A stretch of 64,000 nt of DNA. It comes from a virus (taxonomy: Duplodnaviria > Caudoviricetes). Position 1 is the first letter of the stretch. Each line of letters begins with the position of its first letter. The notes under the pieces are model-generated. The model saw only the letters and a list, made by a program, of their open reading frames with translations, was not told the DNA's origin and searched no databases. A program made the position numbers and the translations under genes. This document shows, piece after piece, positions 25,442-35,544 of the stretch. The stretch is from positions 1-64,000 of IMG/VR virus record IMGVR_UViG_3300005937_000008, one strand, 5' to 3'.

Positions 25442-26911
25442 TCAGGGCCCGAAGTCGTACTGTGCGATGTCCAGGAGCGTGCCGGTGAAGAAGGCGGCGA
25501 TGTCAGCGAGGGTCGAGAAGTTGTTCGCGATATCGGCGAGGGTGAACCCGGCGGCCTCCATGACGTCCGGCCAGTCGTCGGCCTTGACGACGTTCAGCTG
25601 GAACCACCTGAACTCGTCGTACCAGTTCGGATCCTCGGAGTCGTCGAGGAGGGCGTAGGTGCCGTCGAGGCGCGACAGTGAGGTCTGCTTGCGCACCAGG
25701 ATGACGCCCTCGGTTGCGTTGTCGAGGACAGAGTTCAACGCGTCACCGTCCTCGTCGGTTTCGGTGCGGACGGTGATGGAGCCGGAGCGGGACGAGCGGG
25801 GCTTGCCCTGGACGACGATGCGCCCGTTGATGTTGAACTGGGTGGCGTCGCGGTCTCGTTTCCAGCCGAGCGGTGATTCGACCTTCACCGCAGCGCCGAC
25901 ACCGCGGATCGCGTCCGAGATGACGTCGCTGGCCACGGTGGAGGTGATCGGGCCGGAGTAGACGGTCCACTGGTTGCCGTTCACGTCGGTGAGGACGGCC
26001 GCATAGTTGAGGGAGACCCCGAACGGCTGCTCGGCATCCACGCGCAGCAGGGTTGCCTGTCCGGTGACGTCGATGTTGCTGGCCGCGCGGACCGGGGTGA
26101 GCGTGGTGTCGACCTGCCGGTACAGCGTGGCGGTCACGATGTCGTCGCCGGTAAGGCCGGTCGCGGACACCAGGTTGCGAGGCGGAAACACCGACTGGGC
26201 GGTGGCGTTGACGTCGCTCGACGCCTCACGGATGCGCAACACGCCGCCGACGCCGGTGTTGTTGCCGGAGAGCGTGGCGGTCACGGTCGGCGCCTGAGTA
26301 CCCGAGCCGGACGAGACGCTACCGGTGGCCATGCCGAGTCGTTCGAGGTTGCCGGTGGCGATGCCGTCGTCGATGCGCTCGGTGATCGTCCCGTAGGTGA
26401 TCCCGGTTGCCGTGACGGCTTCCACGGAGATACCGAGGGCGTTGGAGTTGATGGCGTAGCCGAGCAGGACGAAGTCGCCTGCGAGCCACGTCAGGGCATC
26501 AGAGCAGGCCGCGGAGAAGGAGGTGTTGGCCGAGGTGTCCTCACCGAACGACCAGGCCCACCGCCAGCCGGTGCCGGCGCTGCGGGACAGGGTCGTCATG
26601 CGGGCGGCGATCACTGACCCCGCGGATCCGGTGGGGATCGCCGTGGTCGGCGTCGCATCCGAACCTGCCAGCTCTCGCACGAACCAGGTCAGCCTTCGAG
26701 GTCCGGCGCCTGAGCCGAAGGTGCCGCCCCCGCCGGAGAACGTGCCGGCGAGTGTCCATCCGGACGGGGTCGACGGGGTGGAGGCGCTGGGGTGACCGGA
26801 CGCGACCGTGAGAATGGCCAACTGGCCCGCAGCCGTTCCGCTCGGATACGCGACGGTGATGGTGTCGGTGTGGCTGACGCCGGCACCGGTCGCGACATAC
26901 GAGATGGTCAC
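25442..26911 (-). CDS. Distal tail-like minor tail protein (489 aa)
   Basis: Immediately downstream of tape measure; GTGA coupling. Confidence 0.65.
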   Translation of the reverse strand: MTISYVATGAGVSHTDTITVAYPSGTAAGQLAILTVASGHPSASTPSTPSGWTLAGTFSGGGGTFGSGAGPRRLTWFVRELAGSDATPTTAIPTGSAGSVIAARMTTLSRSAGTGWRWAWSFGEDTSANTSFSAACSDALTWLAGDFVLLGYAINSNALGISVEAVTATGITYGTITERIDDGIATGNLERLGMATGSVSSGSGTQAPTVTATLSGNNTGVGGVLRIREASSDVNATAQSVFPPRNLVSATGLTGDDIVTATLYRQVDTTLTPVRAASNIDVTGQATLLRVDAEQPFGVSLNYAAVLTDVNGNQWTVYSGPITSTVASDVISDAIRGVGAAVKVESPLGWKRDRDATQFNINGRIVVQGKPRSSRSGSITVRTETDEDGDALNSVLDNATEGVILVRKQTSLSRLDGTYALLDDSEDPNWYDEFRWFQLNVVKADDWPDVMEAAGFTLADIANNFSTLADIAAFFTGTLLDIAQYDFGP

Positions 26912-29900
26912 CCGTTTCGCCTCCCCACCTTCGCTCGATGGGCCGCATCCCGCGCCGACGCGTTGATCTTCGGTTTGACGGTGATCTCGATGAGGTCGCG
27001 CAGCCGGTCATCGTTGAAGTGGATGTGGACGTCCTGGCCGTTCGCCTCGATGGCTTCCGCCAGCCGCTCCCACAACTGCTCGTCCTGCCTGGCCGCGGAC
27101 CGGCCGCTGGCGGCGGTCGGGACGTACCGACGGCGCATGGACACGCCGGTGGCGGTGTCGGCGAGACGTTGGGCTGCGCCGCCAACGAGGTGGCTGTGCA
27201 TGTCGATGCCGTGCATCATGCCGAGGACGACCTGCTTGCCGACCTCGTCGCGGAACACACCCGACGGAGACTTGATCTTCAGGGCCTTTTTGATCTCCTT
27301 GACCAGCGACTTGGCCAGCGAGTTGATCTGCTTCTGAAGGTCCTTCTCCTGCGCCTTCAGGCCGGCGAGGAAGCCTTCTCCGGCGTGCTTGCCGGAGTCG
27401 TACATCATGTCGGCCATGTCCTTGCCGAAGGACGTGGCGAGCTTGCCGCCGGAGGCCATCAGCTTGTTCAGCTTGTCGATGTCCTGGGTGGTGACGTTCT
27501 TCTGGCTGAGGATCGTCGCGAGCTGGCTGCCCGGACCGGCATCCGACAGTTGCTGCAACAGTTCTTTCGACGCGCCGCGCGCCTTCAGGGACTTGCTCAG
27601 CTGGACGAAGCCGCTGGCAGTCTTCTGCTGCGCGCCCGCCTGCGAGATGAGGTCACCGACGCTCGTCGCCGAGGTGCCGGAGATCGACAGGAAGTCCCGG
27701 ATGTTCCCGGCCTGGTCGGACGCGTACTGGTTGGCCTCGGCGATCTTTTTCTGAACGGAGGCCCGCTTGTCCGCGAGGCTTTCGAGCTTGGCTCCCTTCT
27801 TCTGAACGGACGCCGCGGTCTTGTTGTAGCCCGCGTTGAGGAGCTTCGTCGCCACGCTCTTGATCGCCGAGGCGATCGCGGACGACGTGCCGGTCTCCAG
27901 CTTCTTCAGCAGCCCGGTCTGGATGGTGTTGGAGATGGAAACCTTCGCCGACCGCTGGGCGTTGTGGAGCGAGATCTTCGCGGCCTTCAGCTGCGTTTCG
28001 GCAGCCTGCAGCTCTTTCTCCGCGGCCTTGATGCCCTTGTGCCGCTTCTTCGCCGCGGCCAGCTTGTCCTTGGCGTCCTCGACGCGATCCTGGGCCTTCC
28101 TGTACCGGTCGGCCGCGTTCATGATGGTGCCGGAGGCGTAGCCGGGCAGCTTGATGCCGTTGGCCTTGGCGAACATCATCGACTGCGGATGGCTGAGGAC
28201 ATCCTCGCCACCCTTGAAGTTCACCAGCTCCGGACCCTTCTCCCCCACCCAGGCGAGCCCCTTCGCGGCGCCGCCAGTGCCCTGGGCGTACCAGTGCGGG
28301 GAGCGCGACAGCCACGCCGAGTAGGCGCTCACGGGGTTGCCGTACCGGGAAGCGATGTACGACAGGCCCCACTTGATCTGGGTGGAGGCGTTGGTCTTCC
28401 AGTCGGAGCCGGCCGATGCCATCTTCGATGCCGGCAAAGCCTGCGGGATACCGTAGGCGCCGCTGCTCTTGTTGAGGGCGCGTTCGTTCCAGCCGGACTC
28501 ACCATTCCACAGGTTCTTGAGCGCCGCCCACTGCGGGCCCGCCCAGCCGCGGGTCAAGGCCAGCGTCTGCCCGATCTTCTGGTTCGCCGAGGAGCCGCCG
28601 CCGCTGCCCCCGAGTCCGAGCAGGCCAAGGACGTCGCCGCCCAGCCCGCCGAGCGCCTTGAGCGCCTTACCGGGGAGGGAAGCGATGGAGACGAGGCCCT
28701 TCTTGACGAGTGCGGCCAACGCCTTCGGCAGCGACCCGAACACCTTCTTCGCGATCGCCTTTCCGCTGGTCTTGGCCATGCCCTTCATCAGGCCGGAGAC
28801 CAAGTGGCCGCCGATGCTCATGAACACGCGGGAAGGCGAGCGGATGCCGAAGAAGCGCTTGACCGCGGAGATGACCGGGTCGACCAGGTTCTTCTTGATC
28901 CAGGATCCGATGCCCTTGACCGCGCCAACGATGCCGTTCTTCATGCCGGAGACGAAGGCGCCGCCCTTGGACTTCAGCCACGAGCCTGCGGTCCTGAAGA
29001 CGCCGACGGCAGGGTTGATGATGCGGTTCTTGGTCCAGCCGCCGATGCCCTTGGCGGCGCTGACCACGCCGTTCTTCATGCCGGACACGAACGATTTACC
29101 CTTGCCGACCAGCCACGTCCCGGCGCGGCCGAACACGCTGACGGCCGGGTCGATGATGGTTCGCTTCGCCCAGCCGCCGATACCTTTCGCCACGGCCACG
29201 ATGCCGTTTTTCAAGCCGGAGACGAAGCTGCGGCCCTTGCTGATGAGCCAGATGCCTGCGGTCTTGAACGCGTCGACTGCGGGTCGGCCGGCCGTGCGCC
29301 ACACCCACGAACCGAGCCCCTTGGCGCCCCGGGCGATACCGCGGCCGAGGCCGACGACAAAATCGGCGCCCTTACGCAGCAGCCAGCTGCCGGCCTTCGC
29401 AAACGGCTTCAGGATCCAGCCGATGACGCGGCCGATCCACTCGCCGATCTGCCCGCCGGTCTTGAGGATGCCGCTGCCGAGGCCGCCGACGAGGCGCTCT
29501 CCGAACGCCGCGAAGCGGCCCGCGTAGCCGACGATGCCGAGGGCCAGTTTGCCGATGAACTCGCCCAGCTTGCCTGTCAGGCCGGGGAAGACGCGGGTGA
29601 ATCCGCCGATCAAGCCCTCGAAGAAGCTCTTGCCGAACCGGCCGAGCGGCTTGATGACGAACTTGCCCAGGCCTCGCTCGATGAAGCCGCCCAGTTTGCT
29701 GATGTTCTTGAAGAGCGGTTCAAGGATTTTCAGGAAGGGGATGTGCTCGACCAGCTTGCCGAGCACGCCGGCAATGCGTCCGATCGGGATGACCGAGAGC
29801 ACGGCCAGGATCGTGTCGAGCCAGTGCTTCTTCCAGAAGCTCACAGTGAACAGCGGCTTGAACAGATCGGTGATGAACCCAATGGCAAAGGGGATAGCCT

Positions 29901-31581
29901 GCCCACCAACGGCCTTGCCGACGTCCACGAAGTCGATGCCGCCCACGACCTTCGCCAGCTTCTTCGTCAGATCCGCAGCATGCTCGCCGACCCAGCCGAT
30001 CATCCTCCCGAGGCCCTTGCCCAGCGAGCTTCCGAGCTTGCCCCAGTCGATGTCCTCGATGCCGCCCGAGACGGCGTTGCGGATGGTCTCGCCGAACGCT
30101 TTCGCCTGAGACTTCGGCGCCTTCGGTGTCTTGGGCTTGGCCAGCATCCCGGGCTGCGACGGCAGTTTGAACAGCTGCTGCTGCTTCGGGGCCAGGCTGA
30201 CCGGGCCCTGCGGCTTCGCCAGCAGCCTCGGCGCCGCAGGCTGGGTCAGCATCACGGACGGCAGCTGGTTCTTGCTCGTCTTCTTGCCGCCGGAGTCGGT
30301 CAGGCCGTCCAGGAAGTCGGAGAACAGGCCACCTGCCGACTTGCCGCCAGTCAGGCCGGAGAAGAAGTCACCGACGACCTTCTTGGCATCCGAGAATCCC
30401 TTTTTGATTGTGTCGACGGGGATGAGCTTGCCCATGGCGGTGCCGAACTTCGCGGCCGCGGGCATGGCCGTGTTGGCGAGGAAGTGCACGAAGTCGGTGA
30501 GCGGCGGCAGCACCTTGGTGCCGACGCGGACGCCCATGACCTCCAAGTTGGAGACGAGCAGGTGCCATTGGGCCTCGGCGGTCTTGCGCTGCTGTTTGAC
30601 CGCGTCGTCGAACCGGCCGGTGGACTTGTTGACCTGGTCCTGCTTCTTCTTCAGCACATCCAGGTTGTTGATCATCAGGAGGATGCCGGACGACGACCGT
30701 CCGCCGCCGAACGCCCTGGACAACAGCTGCGACTCCTCGGCGGCCGACAATCCGCTCGCGTCAAGGTGGTCCTTCAGCATCTGGATGGCGCCGATCAAGC
30801 CGTCCTTGCCGCGCATCGCCTTGGCCAGGTCCAGGCCGGTGAGATGAATCTTCTTCAACTGCTTCTCGGCCGCCCCGCTGGGTGCGCCGAGCAGGCTGAA
30901 GGACATCCGCAGCCGGGTCGCTGCGGACGCGGAGTCGATGCCTTCGTCCGTCATCAGGGCGAGCGCGGCGCCAACCTGCTTCATCGACAGGCCGAACTCC
31001 TTCGCGGACGGCAGGATGCCCGTGCCGATCGCCGCGTTGAAGTCCGCCATTTTCATGTTGCCCGCGCCGATGATGGCGTTGACGGTGGAGACCGCCTCAT
31101 GGAATGAGGTGGCACCGCGGATGCCGGTGCGCCAGGCGCCGGCCAAGGCGTTGGTGGTCTCCTCCAGGTCGGCGTGGCCAACCGCCGCCAGGTCAGACGC
31201 CTCCTTCAACGCCTTCATCGCGGACACGTTGTCCATGCCCACGCTCTTGAGGTGGTACAGGGACTCGGCGAGCTTCTGCGGGCCCTGCTGGGTCGTCGTG
31301 CCCAGCTTCAGCACCTGCTCCGACAGGATTTTGACGTCCTTCGTGGTGGCGCCCGCCTGCGTCGAGATCCGCGTCATCTCCGACTGGAACTCGACAGCGC
31401 TCTTGGTTCCCTTGGCGAGCCCTGCCGCGAGCCCCACAGCCAGCGCTGCGCCTGCCACCTTTGCGGTGCGGGCGAGCTTTCCCAGGGCGGTGTCTGTGCC
31501 GCCTGCCGCGCGGCCGACCGTGTGGAAGGTGCGGCTGGCGGAGTCGTGGGCGACGAGCCGGTAGATGATGCCGGTGGACAT
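26908..31581 (-). CDS. Tape measure protein with lytic transglycosylase-like domain (1557 aa)
   Basis: Phage TMP domain near N-terminus; four ~45-aa repeats (~28860-29400); LWNGESGWN..SSGAYGIPQALPASKM SLT-like motif. Confidence 0.92.
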   Translation of the reverse strand: MSTGIIYRLVAHDSASRTFHTVGRAAGGTDTALGKLARTAKVAGAALAVGLAAGLAKGTKSAVEFQSEMTRISTQAGATTKDVKILSEQVLKLGTTTQQGPQKLAESLYHLKSVGMDNVSAMKALKEASDLAAVGHADLEETTNALAGAWRTGIRGATSFHEAVSTVNAIIGAGNMKMADFNAAIGTGILPSAKEFGLSMKQVGAALALMTDEGIDSASAATRLRMSFSLLGAPSGAAEKQLKKIHLTGLDLAKAMRGKDGLIGAIQMLKDHLDASGLSAAEESQLLSRAFGGGRSSSGILLMINNLDVLKKKQDQVNKSTGRFDDAVKQQRKTAEAQWHLLVSNLEVMGVRVGTKVLPPLTDFVHFLANTAMPAAAKFGTAMGKLIPVDTIKKGFSDAKKVVGDFFSGLTGGKSAGGLFSDFLDGLTDSGGKKTSKNQLPSVMLTQPAAPRLLAKPQGPVSLAPKQQQLFKLPSQPGMLAKPKTPKAPKSQAKAFGETIRNAVSGGIEDIDWGKLGSSLGKGLGRMIGWVGEHAADLTKKLAKVVGGIDFVDVGKAVGGQAIPFAIGFITDLFKPLFTVSFWKKHWLDTILAVLSVIPIGRIAGVLGKLVEHIPFLKILEPLFKNISKLGGFIERGLGKFVIKPLGRFGKSFFEGLIGGFTRVFPGLTGKLGEFIGKLALGIVGYAGRFAAFGERLVGGLGSGILKTGGQIGEWIGRVIGWILKPFAKAGSWLLRKGADFVVGLGRGIARGAKGLGSWVWRTAGRPAVDAFKTAGIWLISKGRSFVSGLKNGIVAVAKGIGGWAKRTIIDPAVSVFGRAGTWLVGKGKSFVSGMKNGVVSAAKGIGGWTKNRIINPAVGVFRTAGSWLKSKGGAFVSGMKNGIVGAVKGIGSWIKKNLVDPVISAVKRFFGIRSPSRVFMSIGGHLVSGLMKGMAKTSGKAIAKKVFGSLPKALAALVKKGLVSIASLPGKALKALGGLGGDVLGLLGLGGSGGGSSANQKIGQTLALTRGWAGPQWAALKNLWNGESGWNERALNKSSGAYGIPQALPASKMASAGSDWKTNASTQIKWGLSYIASRYGNPVSAYSAWLSRSPHWYAQGTGGAAKGLAWVGEKGPELVNFKGGEDVLSHPQSMMFAKANGIKLPGYASGTIMNAADRYRKAQDRVEDAKDKLAAAKKRHKGIKAAEKELQAAETQLKAAKISLHNAQRSAKVSISNTIQTGLLKKLETGTSSAIASAIKSVATKLLNAGYNKTAASVQKKGAKLESLADKRASVQKKIAEANQYASDQAGNIRDFLSISGTSATSVGDLISQAGAQQKTASGFVQLSKSLKARGASKELLQQLSDAGPGSQLATILSQKNVTTQDIDKLNKLMASGGKLATSFGKDMADMMYDSGKHAGEGFLAGLKAQEKDLQKQINSLAKSLVKEIKKALKIKSPSGVFRDEVGKQVVLGMMHGIDMHSHLVGGAAQRLADTATGVSMRRRYVPTAASGRSAARQDEQLWERLAEAIEANGQDVHIHFNDDRLRDLIEITVKPKINASARDAAHRAKVGRRNG

Positions 31582-31608
31582 GGCGCCTCCCCTCAATGTG
31601 CGGGCGGG

Positions 31609-32174
31609 TCAGGGCCAGTTGCGGCTCGGCTCGGAGGCCTCGTTCTCGGCGGCCTCGTCGGCCTCAGCTTGGAGCTGATAGAAGATCTCCCACTCGGCGA
31701 GCTCGCGGGCCGAGATCCGCCGGAGCATCTCCGCTACGGAGCAGTGGAAGACGTCTCGCGCGAGGACGAAGTAGAACCGCCGTTGTCCGTCGGCGGCTCG
31801 GAGTTTCCCTCCAGTTCCGCCTTCTCCTCCTCGGACAGGCCGGACAGGCGGGTGGCGATGTCGTAGAGGCGGTCGATGACGGCGCCGTTCTTCGCGCCGA
31901 GCGCGGGCGCGTCCTGGTCGGTGAACAGGCGCTCCCCCGCCTCGTCGACGAGGCACTTGACGAGGAGCTTGGCCCGCATGCCTTCCTGGATGAGGACGGG
32001 CTCCATGCCCTTGCCGTCGAAGGTGGGACGGAACTGGCGGATGCTGCCCTGGAAGGCGTCGAGTTCGTCGCCGGTGAGGCCGCGGATGATGACCTCGCCG
32101 CCCCACTCGGGCACGTCGGCCTTTTCGGTCTGGACGTCTACGGCCTCGAGGATGCCGTCGCGGGACAGTGCCAT
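31609..32174 (-). CDS. Tail assembly chaperones G (31734-32174) and GT by -1 frameshift (ending 31609)
   Basis: Slippery heptamer G GGA AAC at 31803-31809; -1 frame continues KLRAADGQRRFYFVLARDVFHCSVAEMLRRISARELAEWEIF to stop. Confidence 0.85.
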
Positions 32175-32181
32175 GGTGCTC

Positions 32182-32655
32182 CTAGCTGATGTCGCGTGTG
32201 ATGCCGTCCAGGACGCGACTGACGGCCCGGCGTGATGCCGGGCCCGCCGTGCGTAGGACGGAGTAGAAGTAGGGGTGCGGCGTCTGCGTGACCCAGTTCT
32301 CGCGGTTGCCGTAGACGGGGTGACGCCAGCGCTTCTTGCCCTCGACCATCGACGGCAGGCTCCTCATGTGGGACGGCATCTTGCGTCCGTCTACACGAAT
32401 TGCCACACCCGCCTGTTTGCCCGTGGTCTTCACCTCGAGCCGGGTCGCCCGGGCGAGGCTGCCACGCAGCCCGTCCGGGGTGTAGCCACGACCAGACGGG
32501 ATAGAGCGGATCGACGAGCGCACGCGGGGAACGAGCGGGGCCGCGGCAGCACGCAGTTCCTTCCGGAACCGCTTGGTGACTTCCCGATCGTCCATGCGCC
32601 GCAGCTCGCCACTGATCCGCCGCAGATCATTCCCGCCCTGAAGCCGGATCGTCAT
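32182..32655 (-). CDS. HK97 gp10-like tail completion protein (157 aa)
   Basis: Basic, RHPVYGNRENWVTQ..PYF motif; position. Confidence 0.6.
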   Translation of the reverse strand: MTIRLQGGNDLRRISGELRRMDDREVTKRFRKELRAAAAPLVPRVRSSIRSIPSGRGYTPDGLRGSLARATRLEVKTTGKQAGVAIRVDGRKMPSHMRSLPSMVEGKKRWRHPVYGNRENWVTQTPHPYFYSVLRTAGPASRRAVSRVLDGITRDIS

Positions 32656-32875
32656 CGCTGGCCTCCTCGCCGAACCGGACGAAGATGCGGTGCGTCGCGA
32701 CATCCCGCCCGTCGGAGATCTTGTGTCCCGTCTCGTCCGTGGCGAAGAACGTGACGTACAGGCCGTAGGGGCTGAAATCCAGACCCTGCACGTCGCTCGG
32801 GTCGAGACCCAGCCCCTTACTGAAGGCGACGACGGTCGAGCGGGACACCCACTCGGGGACACTCGGGACCGTCAC
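32627..32875 (-). CDS. Hypothetical protein (82 aa)
   Basis: ORF track; coupled to tail tube gene. Confidence 0.5.
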   Translation of the reverse strand: MTVPSVPEWVSRSTVVAFSKGLGLDPSDVQGLDFSPYGLYVTFFATDETGHKISDGRDVATHRIFVRFGEEASDDDPASGRE

Positions 32876-33351
32876 GGCACCGTGATGTTCTCGACGGGAA
32901 TCGAGGTGACGCTGAACTGGATGGTGATCTGCGCCGGGTTCTCCACGTCGCGGCTCTTCGGCTGGCCGGTCACCTTCACCGGGAACACGTCGTACTTCAG
33001 GCCCGCCGTGTCCCCCTCGGGGAAGATGCAGATGAAGCCGGCGGTGTCACGCGGCAGCAGGGTCCGCACATCCGAGGACGTCGACGACATGTACAGCGTG
33101 ATGCTGGAGTCGTCGGCGGTGATCCTGCCCGGGATCTTCGACACGAAGCGGCTGCCGAGATCCGGGGTGTCCTGCTGATCCGAGTTGGTGGCGAAGCCCG
33201 ACACGGAGGCGATCTCCGCCGTCAGGTCGGAGCCCGCGTTCAGCTCGGAACGAGTCGGCGCGCTCTTGTTCGCGATGGTCGCGACCCAGTAGTAGCGGGT
33301 CGTACCCGGCGGGATGTACCGGGAAGTTGCGGAGATCGGGGTGGCAGGCAT
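32872..33351 (-). CDS. Major tail tube protein (159 aa)
   Basis: APTRSELNAGSDLT..I..VSGF..DTPDLGSRFVSKIPGR pattern; upstream of chaperone. Confidence 0.8.
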   Translation of the reverse strand: MPATPISATSRYIPPGTTRYYWVATIANKSAPTRSELNAGSDLTAEIASVSGFATNSDQQDTPDLGSRFVSKIPGRITADDSSITLYMSSTSSDVRTLLPRDTAGFICIFPEGDTAGLKYDVFPVKVTGQPKSRDVENPAQITIQFSVTSIPVENITVP

Positions 33352-33354
33352 CGG

Positions 33355-33642
33355 CTATTCGCCCTTCTTCTCTTGCGGCGCCTTGGCGCGCGACCGCGCC
33401 GGCCTCTCGGTGGGTGCTTCCGCCGGCTCCGACTTGTCCGGCTCGTCTGCGGTCTCGGCCTGCTCTTCGGCCGCGGCGGCTTCGACTTCCGCCTGCGCCT
33501 TCAAGGCGGCGCGCTTCTCGAGCTCCTCGGGCGGGACCTGCTGCCAGCCCGCGCCGGTGTAGTGCGGCATGGCGTCCTTGGGGACCTCGATCTCCTGGCC
33601 CTCCGGCAGGGTCGGGTGCCGCATCGTAATGGTGTCGCTCAC
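33355..33642 (-). CDS. Hypothetical protein, acidic/Ala-rich tail (95 aa)
   Basis: GTG 33642 coupled to upstream stop. Confidence 0.6.
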   Translation of the reverse strand: MSDTITMRHPTLPEGQEIEVPKDAMPHYTGAGWQQVPPEELEKRAALKAQAEVEAAAAEEQAETADEPDKSEPAEAPTERPARSRAKAPQEKKGE

Positions 33643-33980
33643 GGGACCCTCACCACCGCGACGGTCACGCTGGTCGTGGCCGAGTAGTTGATGGTGGCGA
33701 GGCCGGTCGTCGGGTCGGCGTACAGGCTGGCGGGCAGCGGGATGATGCTCAGGCCGGTCGTCGCGGCGATGCTCGGCGACGTGCTGTCGGCGATGGCGAG
33801 GCGGCCGTCGATCGTGCCCGGCGTGGTGATGGTGACGGTGATTCCGGAGCCGCTCGCATTCTTGACGAGCAGGAAGGTGCCGCTGCCGCATGCGGCGGTG
33901 TCGCCGTTCGTGGCGGCCACCAGTGAGGTGGAAATGTCGACGCCCACGTTGGGCACGACTTGGGTGACGAGCGCGGTCAT
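33639..33980 (-). CDS. Small beta-rich virion protein (113 aa)
   Basis: ORF track; AGGAG RBS; Thr/Ser-rich. Confidence 0.6.
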   Translation of the reverse strand: MTALVTQVVPNVGVDISTSLVAATNGDTAACGSGTFLLVKNASGSGITVTITTPGTIDGRLAIADSTSPSIAATTGLSIIPLPASLYADPTTGLATINYSATTSVTVAVVRVP

Positions 33981-34060
33981 CCGCGTACTCCTGTTCTTGT
34001 TGACCCAACAGATGGGCGATGGGACGATCCGGCGACGTCCACAAATGGGGGGGAAGGCCG

Positions 34061-34267
34061 ATGGCCGTTCGTGATGTCCAGGCGCCGAGATTCCGCGCCG
34101 AGGAGAAGGCCAAGAAGACCGGAGTACGGCTCGCTGACCTGATCGAGCTCGTTGACAGGGCTCGTGAGGCAGGCATCGATCCCGAGACTGTGGTGCTGGG
34201 CGACTATTACGTGCTGGGCGCCCCGAGGGGTCGTAGGGGCTGCATCATCAAGTGGCTGGAGCTCTAG
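34061..34267 (+). CDS. Antisense ORF (68 aa) inside tail operon with own promoter
   Basis: TTGACC(34000)-N17-GACGAT(34023), GGGGGAAGG RBS, fills the only gap in the minus-strand operon. Confidence 0.5.
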   Translation: MAVRDVQAPRFRAEEKAKKTGVRLADLIELVDRAREAGIDPETVVLGDYYVLGAPRGRRGCIIKWLEL

Positions 34268-34731
34268 GCGCCGCTGTAGGCGTCGCAGGACACCTCGAAC
34301 GCGACCGCCGCCTGGGCGCCTTGGGTGGTCTGCGCCTGGTCCAGGCTGTGTGACGAGATCATCGCCCGCATGACGGTGCCGCCGAGCTTCCGGTCTGCGG
34401 TGATCGCCGCGCCAGCCTCCGACAGGAGCTGATAGGCCCGCTGCCGGGCGCCTGTGATGTCGTCGCTGCCGCGGAGCACTACGGCGACGCAGCGGATGGT
34501 GAACTGCTCGCGGTCCACTACGCCGCTCATGCCTTCTTCGAGGAGCGTGGACTCGGCGCTGCCCTCGTCCTCGGCGCCCGTGTAGCCGACGGAGATGACC
34601 TCTTTGACGGTGGCCTGCGACGTCGACGGGCCGTCCCGCACCGTGACACCGGCCCCGCCCAGCCCGGGCCATTCTGCGAACGTGGCCAACAGGGCATCAA
34701 TGGCGGCCGGGAGTCTGGACGTCCACGCCAT
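34264..34731 (-). CDS. Tail terminator-like protein (155 aa)
   Basis: Position between head-tail connector and tail tube; beta-rich C-terminus. Confidence 0.6.
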   Translation of the reverse strand: MAWTSRLPAAIDALLATFAEWPGLGGAGVTVRDGPSTSQATVKEVISVGYTGAEDEGSAESTLLEEGMSGVVDREQFTIRCVAVVLRGSDDITGARQRAYQLLSEAGAAITADRKLGGTVMRAMISSHSLDQAQTTQGAQAAVAFEVSCDAYSGA

Positions 34732-35544
34732 CTACGCCACCCCCGGAAGTTGCGTGTCGAGGAGCTCCAACGCCCGCCGGGGGATCGCGAAGCCGCGGGA
34801 TGCGAGCGCCATGTCGACGTCACCGCCGCCCAGTTGCACACCCATCGCGCCGCGCTGCGTCTCCCACAGATGCTGAAGAATGATCTTCCCGGCGAGTTGA
34901 TAGTTCTCCGGGATCACCGCATAGCCCGCCTGATAGGTGCCATCCAGTACGCCCGTGAAGGCTGGCCCAGATTCCACCGTCACCAATCCGGTCTCTCCGT
35001 CGGCCTGCAAGCTGCCAACATCCCATGAGGTGGCGCCGTCCGCAGATACGAACGACGTCAGCGACAACACCGGGACGTTCCGCAGCAGCACTTGCGTCGC
35101 CGAACCGCCCACCGTGAAGCGATCGGTGAACGAGCGCCGCACGACCACCTTGCCCAGCGCCCGCTCGACCGCCCGCGTCGCCGCCCCGATGGACCCGCGC
35201 AATTCGTCATCGTCTGCCGTCTCCGTCGCCCCGAAGTTGAGCTGGGCGCGCGCATCGGCCAGCGACACAATGCCCGTCGGAACGGCGGGCCGCACGTCGA
35301 AGACGTCGCTGTACGCGGTCGTCGGATTCGAGGTGACCATCCGCCAGGCATGCCTGCCGACCTGCGTGGTCACGTAGTCGACGCGCAACTTGCCCGTGGC
35401 TGCCGGAGGCAGCGGCACTGCCGGGGTGAGCGTGCTGCCGTCCGGCAGCGTGAGCGTGAGCGTCGCCGACGACGGGTTAGTCAGGGCGCCCGACGCGTCG
35501 AGCACGTCAACCGCCACCTGAAAAACGGAGCCGAGATCGATCAC
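34732..35544 (-). CDS. Head-tail connector (gp6-like) with N-terminal Ig-like extension (270 aa)
   Basis: IVSLADARAQLN..DDDELR..I.AAT..VE; QLAGKIILQHLWETQRG. Confidence 0.7.
   Translation of the reverse strand: MIDLGSVFQVAVDVLDASGALTNPSSATLTLTLPDGSTLTPAVPLPPAATGKLRVDYVTTQVGRHAWRMVTSNPTTAYSDVFDVRPAVPTGIVSLADARAQLNFGATETADDDELRGSIGAATRAVERALGKVVVRRSFTDRFTVGGSATQVLLRNVPVLSLTSFVSADGATSWDVGSLQADGETGLVTVESGPAFTGVLDGTYQAGYAVIPENYQLAGKIILQHLWETQRGAMGVQLGGGDVDMALASRGFAIPRRALELLDTQLPGVA

Noticed and set aside
22043-26911. Diversity-generating retroelement or invertible tail-fibre switch
   Set aside because: No reverse transcriptase, no template/variable repeat pair and no inverted crossover sites noticed around tail genes
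28860-29400. Four ~45-aa repeats in tape measure as a novel element
   Set aside because: In-frame amphipathic repeats are an ordinary tape-measure feature
26938-31107. Very long plus-strand ORFs (also 690-2225, 48984-51275, 62346-63488 and many others)
   Set aside because: Antisense shadows of GC3-rich minus-strand genes; no RBS, motifs or operon logic
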